Shown piece after piece: positions 38,565 to 51,097 of a DNA stretch of 64,000 nt (its first letter is position 1; every line of letters begins with the position of its first letter). The notes beneath the pieces are model-generated. The model did not search any database. It had not been told where the DNA came from and saw only the letters and a program-made list of their open reading frames with translations. Both the position numbers and the translations under genes were made by a program. The DNA is from Squalus acanthias (taxonomy: Eukaryota), in assembly GCA_030390025.1 (NCBI GenBank), contig CM059431.1, forward strand, positions 104,410,001-104,474,000. The letters are read 5' to 3'.

Positions 38565-39255
38565 CTGAAATATTAAGTTATGTGTAGCTTTCTGTAAATA
38601 TGCATTAATCGAGCATTAAAATCAAACCTTTAATTGCATTTCAATGATTTCCAGTGTGGTTCTTTGATTAAAGATGTGAACTGCATACTTGCAATATATG
38701 GTTTTACAATAGTTAGCTGTGTGCAATCAGGATATCAAGTTCATTTGTGGTGAGTTGTTGGAGCCATGGCATGCCACCTATTCTAGATGCCAAGTGAAGA
38801 ACTTGATTTTTTTTTTAAGTGTTGCTATAAACTGTTTTAGTTTCCACTAAAAATGTCCTGTTTTCCATCTGATTCTTGAGGTAGGAGGAAGGTTACGATG
38901 ATGTCAAGGCAAAGAGTTCTACTCTGAATACAAAAGGCACCCTCCCTTAATACATATTCTATTGAGTGCATGAGGAGAATGGACTATTGTTCCCAGCTCG
39001 ACTTTATTCCCCATGGACAGAAATGTATTAACTTCCCTGCGGAGACCATAGAATTGCTGGGCTATCTCCAGCATATCAATTAGTAGGAACACAAAACCTC
39101 AGAAATGGGGGAAACCATAAAAGGTAGGAGTAAAAACTGCAAAATGAGTGAAAAATTCATATTTTAGCATGTGTTTGTTGCAAAAATTACATTTTCTTTT
39201 AGAGATAGTGTATTCTGAATATTCAGCCACATTACTGGCTTTCTTGTTTAAAATA

Positions 39256-40215
39256 GGGGCCCAAAATTTGCAGTCAGCGGTGAAGCGACGGCGCTCGCCA
39301 CTGACCTCGAAGATCTAGCGATCTCTGTGGCGTGAATTTCAGCTCTCCCTGACCTTTGTTTGAATCTGGCGCCAAACCAAGAGAATCTCCAGCATCCAGC
39401 AACAGTGATGTCACTAAGCAGGCTAAGCAGCCAATCACATTGAAGGATTCTCACAGACAGCAAACCAGGAAGTAAAATGCACAGATTATAATTTACTTTT
39501 TTTAATACATTTTACAGAGAGCGAAATAAGGAATGGGACATACACATGGGGTTAAGGTCGAAGCTGAAATATTATAAACAAACTTCTAAAAAATATATAT
39601 TTTATACTAAAAGTATTGTCATATTAATGGAAAAATTTGACTTTCCACAAATATATTTGATGAGTTCTTGAATTCAAGACCTCATCAAACCTCTTTCTTT
39701 TGCAGAAATTAGATGGTTGTTGCATTGGAGAATGCAACGGCCATCTGTCATCTCTGCCGCGGAGGTGCGAGACTCTCCGCATACCCAACGATTGAAGCCT
39801 GTAGGAAGAAACAAAGGTAAGTACACTTTTTCTAAGACTTTCCACTTACCTCACATACTCACCTCTCCACACTTGCACCCATCACTTACCTCCATAGCAC
39901 ACTTTTGGACCCCGCAAAACCCCGCAGACCCACTACTTGCCTCGGTGACCCTGGCGGGGTTTGGAGTCTTCGGGAAGCCCGCAGTTTTGTGGGTAAAATT
40001 GAGATAATCCTCTTATCTGCCTGTTAACTACCTGTTGGCACTAATCCCCTTCCCGCCTCCAAGGAGATGGGACCCGGCACGGGACGCTATCCGCCTCCCG
40101 GGAAGATGGTACGGAGGCGGGTTGGGGGCGGGTTGGGCACCCGCCCCCAGATTCTGCCATTTTCCCGACAGTCCCGCCTCCATAACCGCCTCCCCAGGGC
40201 TGGCAAGATCGCGCC
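39256..40215. mobile_element. Fused ends of two Harbinger-type elements
   Basis: Left end resembles 46785; right end resembles 1650-1961. Confidence 0.6.
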
Positions 40216-40414
40216 CTCTCTTTGGAAAGTATATGCCCACTTCAACACAGTAACAAAAACAAGGGGACATTAAAATAATAGTGAATAAAGCAGAGTGGTT
40301 GATCAGGAAAGTCACTGATCGAGCAGTAATAAAAGTTGAAGGAAATAATCTTCCTGAGTTTAGATACGTAGTTGTAGCCAGATTGAGTCGATAGGGGTAA
40401 TGTCTTGGTCAAAA

Positions 40415-40955
40415 TTCTCTTCCTCATTTTAAAATCCTCCATGGCCTGGCCCCTCCCTATCCCTGTAACCTCCACAACCTTTCGAGTTCTCTGCGCTCCT
40501 CCAATTAGAAACATAGAAACATAGAATCTAGGAGCAGGAGTAGGCCATTCGGCCCGTCGAGCCTGCTCCACCATTCAATACGATCATGGCTGATCATCCA
40601 AATCCAGTACCCTGTCCCTGCTTTAATCCCCACAGTACACATATCCCACCCTACCCCCGTAACCCCACGTATTTAATTCCCCCCTAACATATCCCACCCT
40701 ATCCCCGTAACCCCACGTATTTAATCCCCCTAACACTAAGGGTCAATTTATCATAGCCAAATCAACCTAACCCGCACATTTTTGGACTTTTTGCCTTTTT
40801 GCACATACCCAATCTTCAGTGCTCCACCATTGGTGGCCGTGCCTTCAGCTGCCTAGGCCCTAAGCTCTGGAATTCCCTCCCTAAATCTCTCCGCCTCTCC
40901 ACCTCTCTCTCCTCCTTTAAGATGCTTCTTAAAATCTATCTCTTTGACCAAGCAT
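40415..40955 (+). mobile_element. L2 3' fragment interrupted by HE1-like SINE
   Basis: L2 sequence resumes after ~40790. Confidence 0.85.
40506..40790 (-). mobile_element. 5'-truncated HE1-like V-SINE with CR1-derived tail
   Basis: agtccaaaaatgtgcgggttaggttgatttggc...aaattgacccttagtgt followed by a CR1 3' tail; family name from recall. Confidence 0.7.
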
Positions 40956-40959
40956 TAGG

Positions 40960-41390
40960 AAAGAAAGACAGACTTGCATTTATATAACGCCTTTCACAAC
41001 CACCGGATGTCCGAAAACGCTTTACAGCAAATGAAGTACTTTTTGAAGTGTAGTCACTGTTGTAATGTAGGAAACGCAGCAGCCAATTTGTGCACAGCAA
41101 GCTCCCCCAAACAGCAATGTGATAATGACCAAATAATCTGTTTTAGTGATGTTGATTGAGGGATAAATATTGGCCAGGACACGGGGGATAACTCCCCTGC
41201 TCTTCTTCGAAATAGTGCCATGGGATCTTTTACGTCCACCTGAAAGAATAGATGAGGCCTCAGTTTAACGTCTCATCCAAAAGTACGCACCTCTGACAGT
41301 GCAGCACTCCCTCAGCACTGCACTGGGGTTTCAATCTAGATTTTGTGCTCGAGCCTCTGGAGTGGGACTTGAACCCAATAGTTTGTGGTT
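40960..41390 (-). mobile_element. DeuSINE, slightly 5'-truncated
   Basis: B box, core, tail. Confidence 0.9.
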
Positions 41391-41854
41391 GAAGAAGGTA
41401 GCCACAGTTTCTAAGGAGCCACCCTTCCACTCTCTTTTCAAATAAGCTTGGTCCAGCTGATTGTCCTGAAATGAAAGTGTTGGGGCTGTTGCCTGCGAGC
41501 CTGGTAGTGACAGGCATGGCGTGGTGCAGGTGGTCACAAACCAGCTGTGCATTGTCAGAGTAGAACTCCTTTCTGTCTAGGTAGGTTTTGCCTAGAGGTC
41601 AAGATGGCCACATCTGTATTTTAGGAGATCAGTGATGAAGTTGGCATTGGCCAGTCTACCTTGTAGGTCAGTGGAAAAGGAAATGATGGTGTTGGCTCTG
41701 ATGAATAAAGCATTAGACGCCTTTGAGGTCAGCAACTTGACAGGAGAAGCTGATACATAGATACATAGATACATAGAAGATAGGAGCAGGAGTAGGCCAT
41801 CCGGCCCTTCGAGCCTGCTCCGCCATTTAATGAGATCATGGCTGATCCTCCAAT

Positions 41855-44722
41855 TCAGTATCCCGTCCCCGCCTTCTCTCCGTAACCCTTAACCCCTTTT
41901 GCCTGTAGAAATACATCTAATTCCCTCTTAAATATATTTAATGAGCTCGCGTACACTGCCCTCTGTGGCAATGAGTTCCACAGGTTCACCACCCTCTGAG
42001 TGAAGAAATTCCCCCTCATTTCTGTCCTAAATGGTTTAGCCCTTATCCTTAAATTATGTCCTCTAGTTCTGTTCTCACCCGCCAAGGGAAACATTCCTTC
42101 TGCATCTAGTCTGTCTAGACCTGTCAAAATGTTATACACTTCTATGAGGTCCCCTCTCAATCTTCTAAACTCCAGTGTGTACATCCCTAAACTACATAGT
42201 CTCTCCTCATAGGTCAATCCCGCCATTCCTGGTATCAGCCTGGTGAATCGCCGCTGCACCCCCTCCATGGCAAGAACATCTTTCCTCAGATGAGGCGACC
42301 AAAACTGTACACAGTACTCGAGGTGTGGTCTCACCAGTGCCCTGTACAGCTGCAGCAAGGTATCCCTGTTCCTGTATTCCAACCCTTTTGCTATGAAGGC
42401 CAGCATACCGTTTGCCTTCTTGATCGCCTGTTGCACCTGCATGCTCGCCTTCAGTGACTGGTGTACAAGAACACCCAGGTCTCTCTGTACTTCCCCCTCT
42501 CCCAATTTATTGCCATTTAAATAATAATTTGCCCTCCCGTTCCTGCACCCAAGGTGGATAACTTCGCACTTGTCCACATTATAGTGCATCTGCCATTTAT
42601 CCGCCCAATCACCCAGTCTGTCCAAATCGCTCTGGAGCTTCCTGGTCTCCTCCTCTGAGCCCACCCCCCCTCCTAGTTTAGTGTCGTCTGCAAATTTGGA
42701 AATGCTGCATCCGACTCCCTGATCCAGGTCATTAATGTAAATTGTGAACAGCTGGGGACCCAGGACAGATCCCTGTGGTACCCCACTTGTTACTGCCTGC
42801 CATTCAGAAAATGAGCCGTTTATTCCAACTCTCTGTTTTCTATCTGACAGCCAGTTCTCTATCCACGTCAATACTTTCCCCTTTATCCCATGAGCTTCAA
42901 TTTTCCCTGCTAATCTTTTATGTGGGACCTTATCGAAGGCCTTTTGGAAGTCCAGGTACACCACATCTACTGGCTCTCCCCCATCTATTTTACCAGTTAC
43001 TCCCTCAAAAAATTCCAATAGATTAGTCAAGCACGATTTACCCTTTGTAAATCCATGTTGACTCTGTCCTATCCTGTCCCCATTTGCTAAGTGCTCCGCT
43101 ATTTCATCCTTAATGATGGACTCCAGCATTTTGCCCACAACTGATGTAAGGCTTACAGGTCTGTAATTACCTGCTTTTTCCCTACCCCCCTTTTTGAATA
43201 GTGGGGTAACGTTAGCTACCCTCCAATCCATGGGCACTGTTCCCGAGTCTAATGAATTCTGAAAAATCATACTTAGTGCATCCGCTATCTCTAGGGCCAC
43301 CTCCTTCAGCACCCTAGGATGCATGTTATCAGGCCCTGGGGATTTGTCCGCCTTCAATCCCTTTAGCTTCCTTAACACCATATCCTTAGAGATATTGACT
43401 TGCGTCAGTTCCTCCTTTGCAAATGTCCCTATTTTTCCCGATATCCCAGGGAGGTTTTTTGTGTCTTCCTTTGTAAAGACTGACCCAAAGTATGCATTTA
43501 GTTGGTCTGCCATTTCCTTATTTCCCGTTATATATTCCCCCGTATCTGACTGCAATGGGCCAACTTTGGTTTTCACCAGTCTTTTCCTCTTGATATACTT
43601 ATAAAAGCTTTTGGAGTTAGTTTTTATATTTTCCGCCAGCTTGCTTTCGTAAGCTATTTTGCCCCTCTTGATTAAGCCCTTTGTCCTCCTTTGCTCTATC
43701 TTGAACTGTTCCCAATCTTCCGCTCTGGCGCTTTTTTTGGCTATTTTATACGCCCTATCTTTGGATTTTATGCTGTCTCTAATTTCCCCTGTTATCCACG
43801 GTTGAGTCACCTTTTTAGATTTCCTTTTATGCCAGATTGGTATAAACAATTTTTGCAATTTTGTCATTCTATCTTTAAATGCTTGCCATTGTTTATCTAC
43901 CTCCAGTCCTCCCAGGAACGTTGTCCAATCAGACCTACTCAGTTCCCGTCTAATGGCATCATAATTCCCCTTGTTTAAATTCAGGACCTTAGTATCTGAG
44001 TCAATTTCTTCGCTCTCCATTTCGAGTGAGAAATCGATCATGTTATGATCGCTCTGACCCAAGGGTCCCCGTACAACAAGATTACTAATTAGTCCCTTCT
44101 CATTGCACAGTACCCAGTCCAATATAGCCTGTTCCCGAGTTGGTTCCTCGACATATTGATCCAGATAACCATCCCTTAAACACTCAAGGAATTCCTCCTC
44201 CTCATTATTTTTACTGATTAGGCTATTCCAATCTATATGTAAGTTAAAGTCACCTATGATGACAGCTGTGCTCTTATTGCACGCTTCTCTAATTTCCCTC
44301 GTGATGCCCTCCCCAACCTCTATTTTACTATTTGGAGGCCTATATACCACTCCTATTAATGTTTTTCGCCCCTCGCTATTTCTTAGCTCCACCCATATAG
44401 ATTCTGTATTAACTGAGTTAATATCCTTCCTTTCAATTGCATTTATCCCTTCTTTTACCAGCAATGCTACCCCTCCTCCCTTTCTTTTTTGTCGATCCTT
44501 CCTAAATACTGAATACCCCTGTATGTTAAGCTCCCAGCCCTGCTCACCCTGCAACCATGTTTCCGTAATCCCAATTAGATCATAATTATTAACCTCTATT
44601 TCCACAGCTAATTCATCTACCTTGTTCCTGATGCTTCTCGCATTAAGGTATAAAACCCTCAGGCTTTTTTTATGCTCACATTTTTTATGAATTAGTTTGG
44701 CCCTTTGTTTTTTGTTCCTCAC
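41855..44722 (-). CDS. CR1 ORF2: APE endonuclease + reverse transcriptase, 955 aa, uninterrupted
   Basis: YLNARS, ITETW, GDFN and SDH endonuclease motifs; LDFQKAFD, GVPQGSVLGP and FADD RT motifs. Confidence 0.97.
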   Translation of the reverse strand: MRNKKQRAKLIHKKCEHKKSLRVLYLNARSIRNKVDELAVEIEVNNYDLIGITETWLQGEQGWELNIQGYSVFRKDRQKRKGGGVALLVKEGINAIERKDINSVNTESIWVELRNSEGRKTLIGVVYRPPNSKIEVGEGITREIREACNKSTAVIIGDFNLHIDWNSLISKNNEEEEFLECLRDGYLDQYVEEPTREQAILDWVLCNEKGLISNLVVRGPLGQSDHNMIDFSLEMESEEIDSDTKVLNLNKGNYDAIRRELSRSDWTTFLGGLEVDKQWQAFKDRMTKLQKLFIPIWHKRKSKKVTQPWITGEIRDSIKSKDRAYKIAKKSARAEDWEQFKIEQRRTKGLIKRGKIAYESKLAENIKTNSKSFYKYIKRKRLVKTKVGPLQSDTGEYITGNKEMADQLNAYFGSVFTKEDTKNLPGISGKIGTFAKEELTQVNISKDMVLRKLKGLKADKSPGPDNMHPRVLKEVALEIADALSMIFQNSLDSGTVPMDWRVANVTPLFKKGGREKAGNYRPVSLTSVVGKMLESIIKDEIAEHLANGDRIGQSQHGFTKGKSCLTNLLEFFEGVTGKIDGGEPVDVVYLDFQKAFDKVPHKRLAGKIEAHGIKGKVLTWIENWLSDRKQRVGINGSFSEWQAVTSGVPQGSVLGPQLFTIYINDLDQGVGCSISKFADDTKLGGGVGSEEETRKLQSDLDRLGDWADKWQMHYNVDKCEVIHLGCRNGRANYYLNGNKLGEGEVQRDLGVLVHQSLKASMQVQQAIKKANGMLAFIAKGLEYRNRDTLLQLYRALVRPHLEYCVQFWSPHLRKDVLAMEGVQRRFTRLIPGMAGLTYEERLCSLGMYTLEFRRLRGDLIEVYNILTGLDRLDAEGMFPLAGENRTRGHNLRIRAKPFRTEMRGNFFTQRVVNLWNSLPQRAVYASSLNIFKRELDVFLQAKGVKGYGEKAGTGY

Positions 44723-44796
44723 TCTTTTACCATTTATTTCTGTCTGCCTTTCACTTTCCTCTATTTCACTACATAGGTTTCTAGCCCCCTGCCATA

Positions 44797-45300
44797 CTAG
44801 TTTAAATGCTCCCGAACTGCTTTATCAAAAATTACCCCGAGAACATCAGTTCCATCTTTGCACAGGTGTAGACCGTCCCTTTTGTATAGGTCACACCTAC
44901 CACAAAACTGGTTCCAATGCCTCAAAAATTTAAAACCCTCCCTCTTACACCACTGCTCAAGCCACGTATTTAGCCTAACTATCCTGTTCTCTGTACTCTT
45001 ACTAGCACGTGGCACTGGTAGTAATCCAGAGATTACTACCTTCGAGGTCCTACTTTTTAGCTTGGCTCCTAACTCCCTAAATTCTACTTGTAGGACCTCT
45101 TCCCTTTTTTTAGCTACGTCGTTGGTACCAACATGTATCACGACAACTGGCTGTTCCCCCTCCCCCTCCAGAATGTTCTGCACCCGCGCCGAGACATCCT
45201 TGACCCTTGCACCAGGGAGGCAACATACCATCCTGGAGTCTCGGTCGCGACCACAGAAACCCCTATCTATTCCCCTTACAATCGAATCCCCTATTACTAT
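44797..45300 (-). CDS. CR1 ORF1 C-terminal SGNH/GDSL esterase domain (N-terminus missing)
   Basis: IVIGDSIVRG, HVGTND and DGLHL motifs. Confidence 0.9.
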   Translation of the reverse strand: MVIGDSIVRGIDRGFCGRDRDSRMVCCLPGARVKDVSARVQNILEGEGEQPVVVIHVGTNDVAKKREEVLQVEFRELGAKLKSRTSKVVISGLLPVPRASKSTENRIVRLNTWLEQWCKREGFKFLRHWNQFCGRCDLYKRDGLHLCKDGTDVLGVIFDKAVREHLN

Positions 45301-45379
45301 CTGCGACATTAGCCTGGAAGGAGCCAGACGCATAATAGTTGACACCTATGGCCACCTAGATTGCCAATGGCAGTACCAG

Positions 45380-45842
45380 GTGTCGGCTGTGGCTCAGTGG
45401 GTAGCGCACTTGCCTCTGAGTCAGAAGGCTGTGGGTTCAAGTACCACTCCAGGAACTTGAGCACATAAATCTAGGCTGACACTCCAGTGCCGTGCTGAGG
45501 GAGCTGCACTGTCGGAGGTGCCGTCTTTCGGATGAGATGCTAAACCGAGGCCCCGTTTGCCCTCTCAGGTAGAAGTAAAAGATCCCGTGGCACTATTTCG
45601 AAGAAGAGCAGGGGAGTTCTCCCCGGTGTCCTGGCCAATATTTATCCCTCAACCAACATAACAAAAAAACAGATTATCTGGTCATTATCACATTGCTGTT
45701 TGTGGGAGCTTGCTGTGCACAAATTGGCTGCCGCATTTCCCACATTACAACAGTAACAGTACTTCATTGGCTATAAAGCGCTTTGAGATGTCCGGTGGTT
45801 GTGAAAGGCGCTATATAAATGCAAGTCTTACTTTCTTTCTTA
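45380..45842 (+). mobile_element. DeuSINE, full length
   Basis: A/B boxes, core, tail. Confidence 0.9.
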
Positions 45843-46254
45843 CCATCTGCATACTGATCAATATTTTAATCATGACTTATTTATAATGAACATTTTTTTT
45901 CATTTTCCACTTTTTTGTTCCATCCTCACCAGCTGCAAGTAATCTATAACCTGCACTATCATTGTTACTTCTCAAGAGAAAATTAAAAATTTGCCTGATA
46001 AGGAAATTTAACAAAAAGCACGGGGAAGTGAACAGAATTGCAAGTCTTTTTAGTGTAGAACAGTGCTAAATTCACCATTACCAGGGCAGATCCAGTACTA
46101 ATATAAATTCACCTTATGCATATTACACAACTCTGAACAGAATTTTTTATTAAATCTTTAACTGTTGAATAAGTAATGCCTATAGCCTGCATTTAAAAGC
46201 TTAGTCAGTAAGATAAAAATTTTCTTTTAACCCTGAAAAAATAAGAAGAGAAGA

Positions 46255-46720
46255 ATTAGGAACAGGAGTCGGCCATACGGCCCCTCGAGCCTGCTCCACC
46301 ATTCAACAAGGTCATGGCTGATCTTCGATCTCAACTTCACTTCCCCGTCCTATCTCTCTATCCCTTGATTCCCCCAGAGCCCAAAAATGTATCTATCTCA
46401 GCCTTGAATATACTGAGGCTGAGATAGATAAATTTCAGCATCCACCGCCCTGTAGGGTAGAGAATTCCAAAGATTCACAACCCTCTGAGTGAAGAAATTC
46501 CTCCTCATCTCAGTCGTAAATGGCTGACCCCTTATCTTGAAACTATATCCCCAGTTCTAGACTCTCCAGCCAGGGGAAACAGCCTCTCAGCATCTATCCT
46601 GTCAATCCCCCTCAGAATCTTATATGTTTCAATGAGATCACCTCTCATTCTTCTAAACTCCAGAGAGTATAGGCCCAATCTACTCAATCTCTCCTCATAG
46701 GACAACCCTCTCATCCCAGG
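46255..46720 (-). mobile_element. CR1 3' fragment
   Basis: GLSYEERL...GDLIE ORF and 3' UTR. Confidence 0.9.
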
Positions 46721-46784
46721 GACTAAAATGGCTCTTCTTCATTAATGGATTTCCTGCATTGTCTTCATACAGGATGATACATTA

Positions 46785-47831
46785 TAGCCCGATTTTGCAG
46801 TCAGCGGTGAAGGAACGGCGCTCACCCTTCATTGCACTTACACTTTCCCACCAACTTTCTGTGGGCTTTTACACTGCGACTTGCAGCTATTGGAGAGCTG
46901 CAACAGCATGCCACCCTCTACAAGGGATCTGTGGTGTGTGCGAGCAGGACAAGCAATGGTGGGTCTCCTCAACCAATCAGATTGAAGAACACTTACTGAG
47001 ACACGCTGGCCCTGATATTTACTGGGGAGGGTTTTGTGAGTGGGGGGGAGGAGTTTTGGTCAGGTGTTCGGGTTTCCCCGCGCGCTGCTCAGTTTTAACG
47101 TCACAGCGTGTGTCTTTTTTTTTCCAAGCAGGTTCCCCCAACCGGGATCCAGTTTGGCTGACAGGCTTGGCCCACCCTGTCAGGTGGGGAACACTCCGGA
47201 GGAGGCCACATCCCCAGGAACAGGTAGGGAGCCTGCAGCTGGGTTAGTGGGAGCACAGGGGGAGGGGCTCCTGATACCGGGAGGGGGTCCGATCCCCAAT
47301 CCCGGGAAGGGGCCCGACCCCTGATCTGGGGGGGGGGTTCGATCCCCAATCCCGGGGGGGAGGGCGGTGTCTGATCTCCGATCTCAGGGTGGGGGGATCC
47401 GATCCCGATCCCAGGGAAGTCCGATCCCCGATTTTAGTATTTTAACTTTTTTTAAAGTCTCCAACAATAATTAAAATCTGCAGGAATGAGACTCCACACT
47501 TGTAAAAGTAAATTTTCAGTGCCAGAGAGGTTGTTTGGCTGTAATTAAGGCTTAACGCACCATTAAAAATTCACCTACACACAATTGGACAAGTCCTCAC
47601 AATTTCTGGCATGTTTAGTGGGTATCTATCATGTAAGTACCCCAACTTCATGCCCTTCGTGTATTTTAATGCCGAATCTATCAGCGAGGTACCGGTGTAG
47701 CGCAGCTGGTGGAGGAGCAGAGCAACTCGGACAGCAACTTCCTGATTTCCGCGTTTAACTCCGCATGTGCGGACGCCGAAGGTTGCTATCCGATTTACTC
47801 CTTAATAATGGTGAGCGCTGATATTCTGGCT
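46785..47831. mobile_element. Harbinger-type non-autonomous element with internal GATCCCC-rich minisatellite (~47270-47430)
   Basis: Left end shared with 39256; weak TIRs. Confidence 0.55.
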
Positions 47832-48889
47832 GCACAGTTGGCAGCTGACTAGAATTAATTAAACTGAGCGTTGGATGACTGCCTGTCACATTCTATTAAA
47901 AGTACAGTTTTCCCTTTGAATTATATGTTCTTATTAATTTAAGAGCAAAACGTATTAGGAATAACATGTCCCTTAACGGTGTTAAAAAAAATCTACAAAT
48001 GCACTATAGGTTTCAGTTCAGAAATTAACTGGCTCTGTCCCACTTTAATTTATTTGATAGCGCAGTTCAGTCCAAGTAGTTGTCATGTAATATGCATTGT
48101 GTATGACTTCCCTGGGAATATTTCAAGTTATATTTTAGAAACAGGAGTACTGGAGAAGATGCAATGTGCCTACGGTGACTGGGCATAGAGATTACCTAAT
48201 TTTATATGAATTACTTTGACTTATGCTCTGCATGAAGCAGCCCCCTCACCTTCAATTACAGGCTCGACCGCCACCAACTCTTGCTCACATCCCTTCCCAA
48301 CGGTCGCCTCATTGGCCGTGCAGCTCCCTGAGTCATAGCAGCCACTCTGTTCCTGCCTCGGGTCTCCAGCAGCACCCCATTCAGCCCACATGTTGCCCAT
48401 AAACGTTCTCATTTTATAATAATAATAGGATTAATCGGAGAGATCTTAACAAAGAGCCGGCACGGGCACAATGGGCTGAATGGCCTCCTTCTGTGCTGTG
48501 TAATTCTAATTTCTATTCTAGTTTCCACGACATTGCGCACCAGACTGAGATGACTTCTTGAGACAGCCAGGCACTGATGCTTCACTGTATATTGCCAGAT
48601 ACACTTCTGCCTTTAGGCTGTTAAAAAAAAACAACTGCAAATTTTATAATGGCAATAAAGAGAACAAGATTAAAATTCTACAAAACAGCCAAAACATCAT
48701 GGTGTATATACAATAAAATACATTGTCCATTAAGATACGATGTCACGTCGCTTCAGAACAGAGTATTGATTTTTAACAGCAAGGCCCTCATAGGTCCTGG
48801 TAACTTTTGTATTGGAGCATCGCTTGCTACTTAACCAGGATGCCTTGTCTAAAAATTATATATACATTATCATATACACATACATTTTC

Positions 48890-50135
48890 TAATTGAATTT
48901 TTTGATGAAGTAAAAGAGAGGATCGATGAAGGGAATGCAATGGATGTTGTCTACATGGATTTTCGGAAGGTGTTTGACAAAGTACCACATCAAAGGCTGG
49001 TTAACAAAATTGAGGCCCTTGGAATAGGTGGGTCAGTGGCAGCTTCAATAAGGAATTGGCTTAAGGACAGAAAACAGCGAGTTGTGGTAAATGGCTGTTT
49101 TTCAGACTGGAGGATGGTAGACGGTGGTGTTCCCCAAGGGTCAGTGCTGGGGCCACTGCTTTTTTTGATATATATAAATGACCTGGATATTGGATATCGG
49201 AGTAGAATTTCTAAATTTGCCGATGACACCAAACTTGAGGGTGTGGCAAACAGTGATGATGATACCAATCGACTGCAACAGGACATAGAAAGGCTAGCAG
49301 AATGGGCAGACAAGTGGCAGATGGAATTTAATACAGAGAAGTGTGAGGTGATGCATTTTGGCAGAAGGAACAGGGAGAGGCAATATACACAATGGCACAG
49401 TTTTAAAGAATGTGCAGGGCAGAGGGACCTGGGAGTTAATGTGCATAGGTCCCTGAAGGTGGCAGGACATATTGAGAGAGTGGTTAACAAAGCATATGGG
49501 ATCTTGGGCTTCGTAAATAGAGGTATTGAGTACAAAAGTAGAGAAATTATGCTGAACCTTTATAAAGCGCTGGTAAGGCCACAACTCGAGTACTGTGTCC
49601 AGTTCTGGTCACCACACTTTAGGAAGGATGTGAAGGCCCTTGAGAGGGTGCAGATGAGATTTACCAGAATGGTTCTGGGGATGGGGGATCTTAGCTACAA
49701 GGAGAGGTTGGAGAAGCTGGATTTGTTTTCATTAGAGCAAAGGAGGTTGAGGGGTGATTTGATAGAGGTATACAAGATTATGACGGGTTTGGATAGGCTA
49801 GACGGGGAAAGGCTGTTCCCACTAGTTAATGATACAAGGACTAGGGACACAGATTTAAGGTTTTGGGCAAGAGATAGAGAGGAGACGTGAGGAAAAACTT
49901 TTTTACGCAGCGAGTTGTGAGGACCTGGAATTCGCTGCCGACGGAAGTGGTGAAGCGGAAACACTCAATGTTTTCAAGGGGAGACTGGATAGGCACTTGA
50001 GGGAAATAAACTTGCAGGGCTATGGGGATAGAGTGGGGGAATGGGACTGACTGGATTGCTCTACAGAGAGCCGGCACGGACTCGATGGGCTGAATGTCCT
50101 CCTTCTGTGCCATTATGACTGTGACTCTGTGACTG
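48890..50135 (+). mobile_element. CR1 3' fragment (316-aa RT ORF)
   Basis: RT motifs and CR1 3' UTR. Confidence 0.95.
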
Positions 50136-50189
50136 TGACATGTAAGATGATAAATTTTGCATTTGCAATGTTGCCATTTTATAACTTTT

Positions 50190-50465
50190 ATTTTGTGCAT
50201 CCCCGATTTTAATCGCTCCACCATGGGCGGCCGTGCCTTCAGCTGCCTGGACCCTAAAATCTGGAAATCCCTCCCTAAACCTCTCTGCTGCTCCACCTCT
50301 CTCTCCTCCTTTAAGACTCCCCTTAAAACCCTACCACTTTGACCAAGCTTCCTGTACTATTATCCCCTTATCTGGCTCGGTCTCAAATTTTGTTTGGTAA
50401 TGCTCCTGTGAGGCTCCTTGGGATGTTTTACTACATTAAAGGTGCTATATAAATGCAAGTTGTTG
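50190..50465 (+). mobile_element. L2 3' fragment
   Basis: GGRAFSCL region and tail. Confidence 0.85.
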
Positions 50466-50569
50466 AGACAGTTATATATTCAATTATTTGAAGCTATAGT
50501 ACAGAAAGGACACAAAATAAAAACAAAAGAAAAGGAATTCATTTAAAGGAGGAATACTGTAGAAGGATT

Positions 50570-51097
50570 GGGGGCAATCTTGACTTTAGGCGATGGTGTA
50601 TCACAACAACAACAACAACTTGTATTTATATAGCGCCTTCACAGGAGTATTTTAAGACAAAAAAAGTTGACACCGACGCACATAAGGTGAAATTAGGGCA
50701 GGTCAAAGAGGTAGGTTGGTCAAAGAGGTAGGTTTTAAGGAGCATCTTAAAAGAGGAGAGAGAGGTAGAGAGGTGGTGAGGTTAAGGCAGGGAATTCCAG
50801 AGCTTAGGGCCTAGGCAACAGAAGGCACGGCCGCCAATGATTGAGCGATTATAATCAGGGATGCTCAAGAGGGCAGAATTAGAGGAGCGCAGATATCTCG
50901 GGGGGGAGTTGTGGGGCTGAAGGAAATTACAGAGAAAGGGAGCGGGGCGAGGCTGTGGAGGGATTTGAAAAAAAGGATGAGAATTTTGAAATCGAGGCGC
51001 AATATTGGATCAGCTGCCCGTTATACATCCCTTCCGATTTTTATCTGCATTCCGATATAGGCCCATTTACACTAGCGCCCAAGTCAAAATAACCCCC
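50570..51097. mobile_element. ~130-bp MITE, TSD ATT, interrupted by L2
   Basis: GGGGGCAATCTTGACTT / AAGTCAAAATAACCCCC; ATT at 50567-50569 and 51098-51100. Confidence 0.8.
50602..51000 (-). mobile_element. L2 3' fragment nested in a short MITE
   Basis: (GTT)n tail; MITE halves on either side. Confidence 0.85.

Larger units (their letters stand above)
41752..45300 (-). mobile_element. Young CR1 LINE, 5'-truncated within ORF1, with (CTATGTAT)n tail
   Basis: Esterase ORF1 remnant, intact ORF2, CR1 3' UTR and 8-nt tandem tail. Confidence 0.97.
41390..45378 (-). mobile_element. Fossil Harbinger (HARBI1-like DDE) transposase split by the intact CR1 (pieces 45300-45378 and 41390-41752)
   Basis: NYYASGSFQANVAD, then RKEFYSDNAQLVCDH and GWLLRNCGY; these correspond to Harbinger GSFQ, RKGFHS.N.Q.VCDH and GWLLGD.GY motifs. 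Confidence 0.8.

Noticed and set aside
39706..39816. Neat + strand candidate exon (ttgcag...gtaagt, 111 nt, open frame)
   Set aside because: Lies within a fused Harbinger-derived block and has no convincing partner exons on the + strand
47270..47430. Short interspaced repeats resembling a CRISPR array
   Set aside because: Irregular low-complexity minisatellite inside a transposon in eukaryotic DNA; no unique spacers or cas genes
48221..48412. Possible additional minus-strand exon (RTFMGNMWAEW...VIE|gtgagg)
   Set aside because: No clear acceptor or phase link to neighbours; left uncalled
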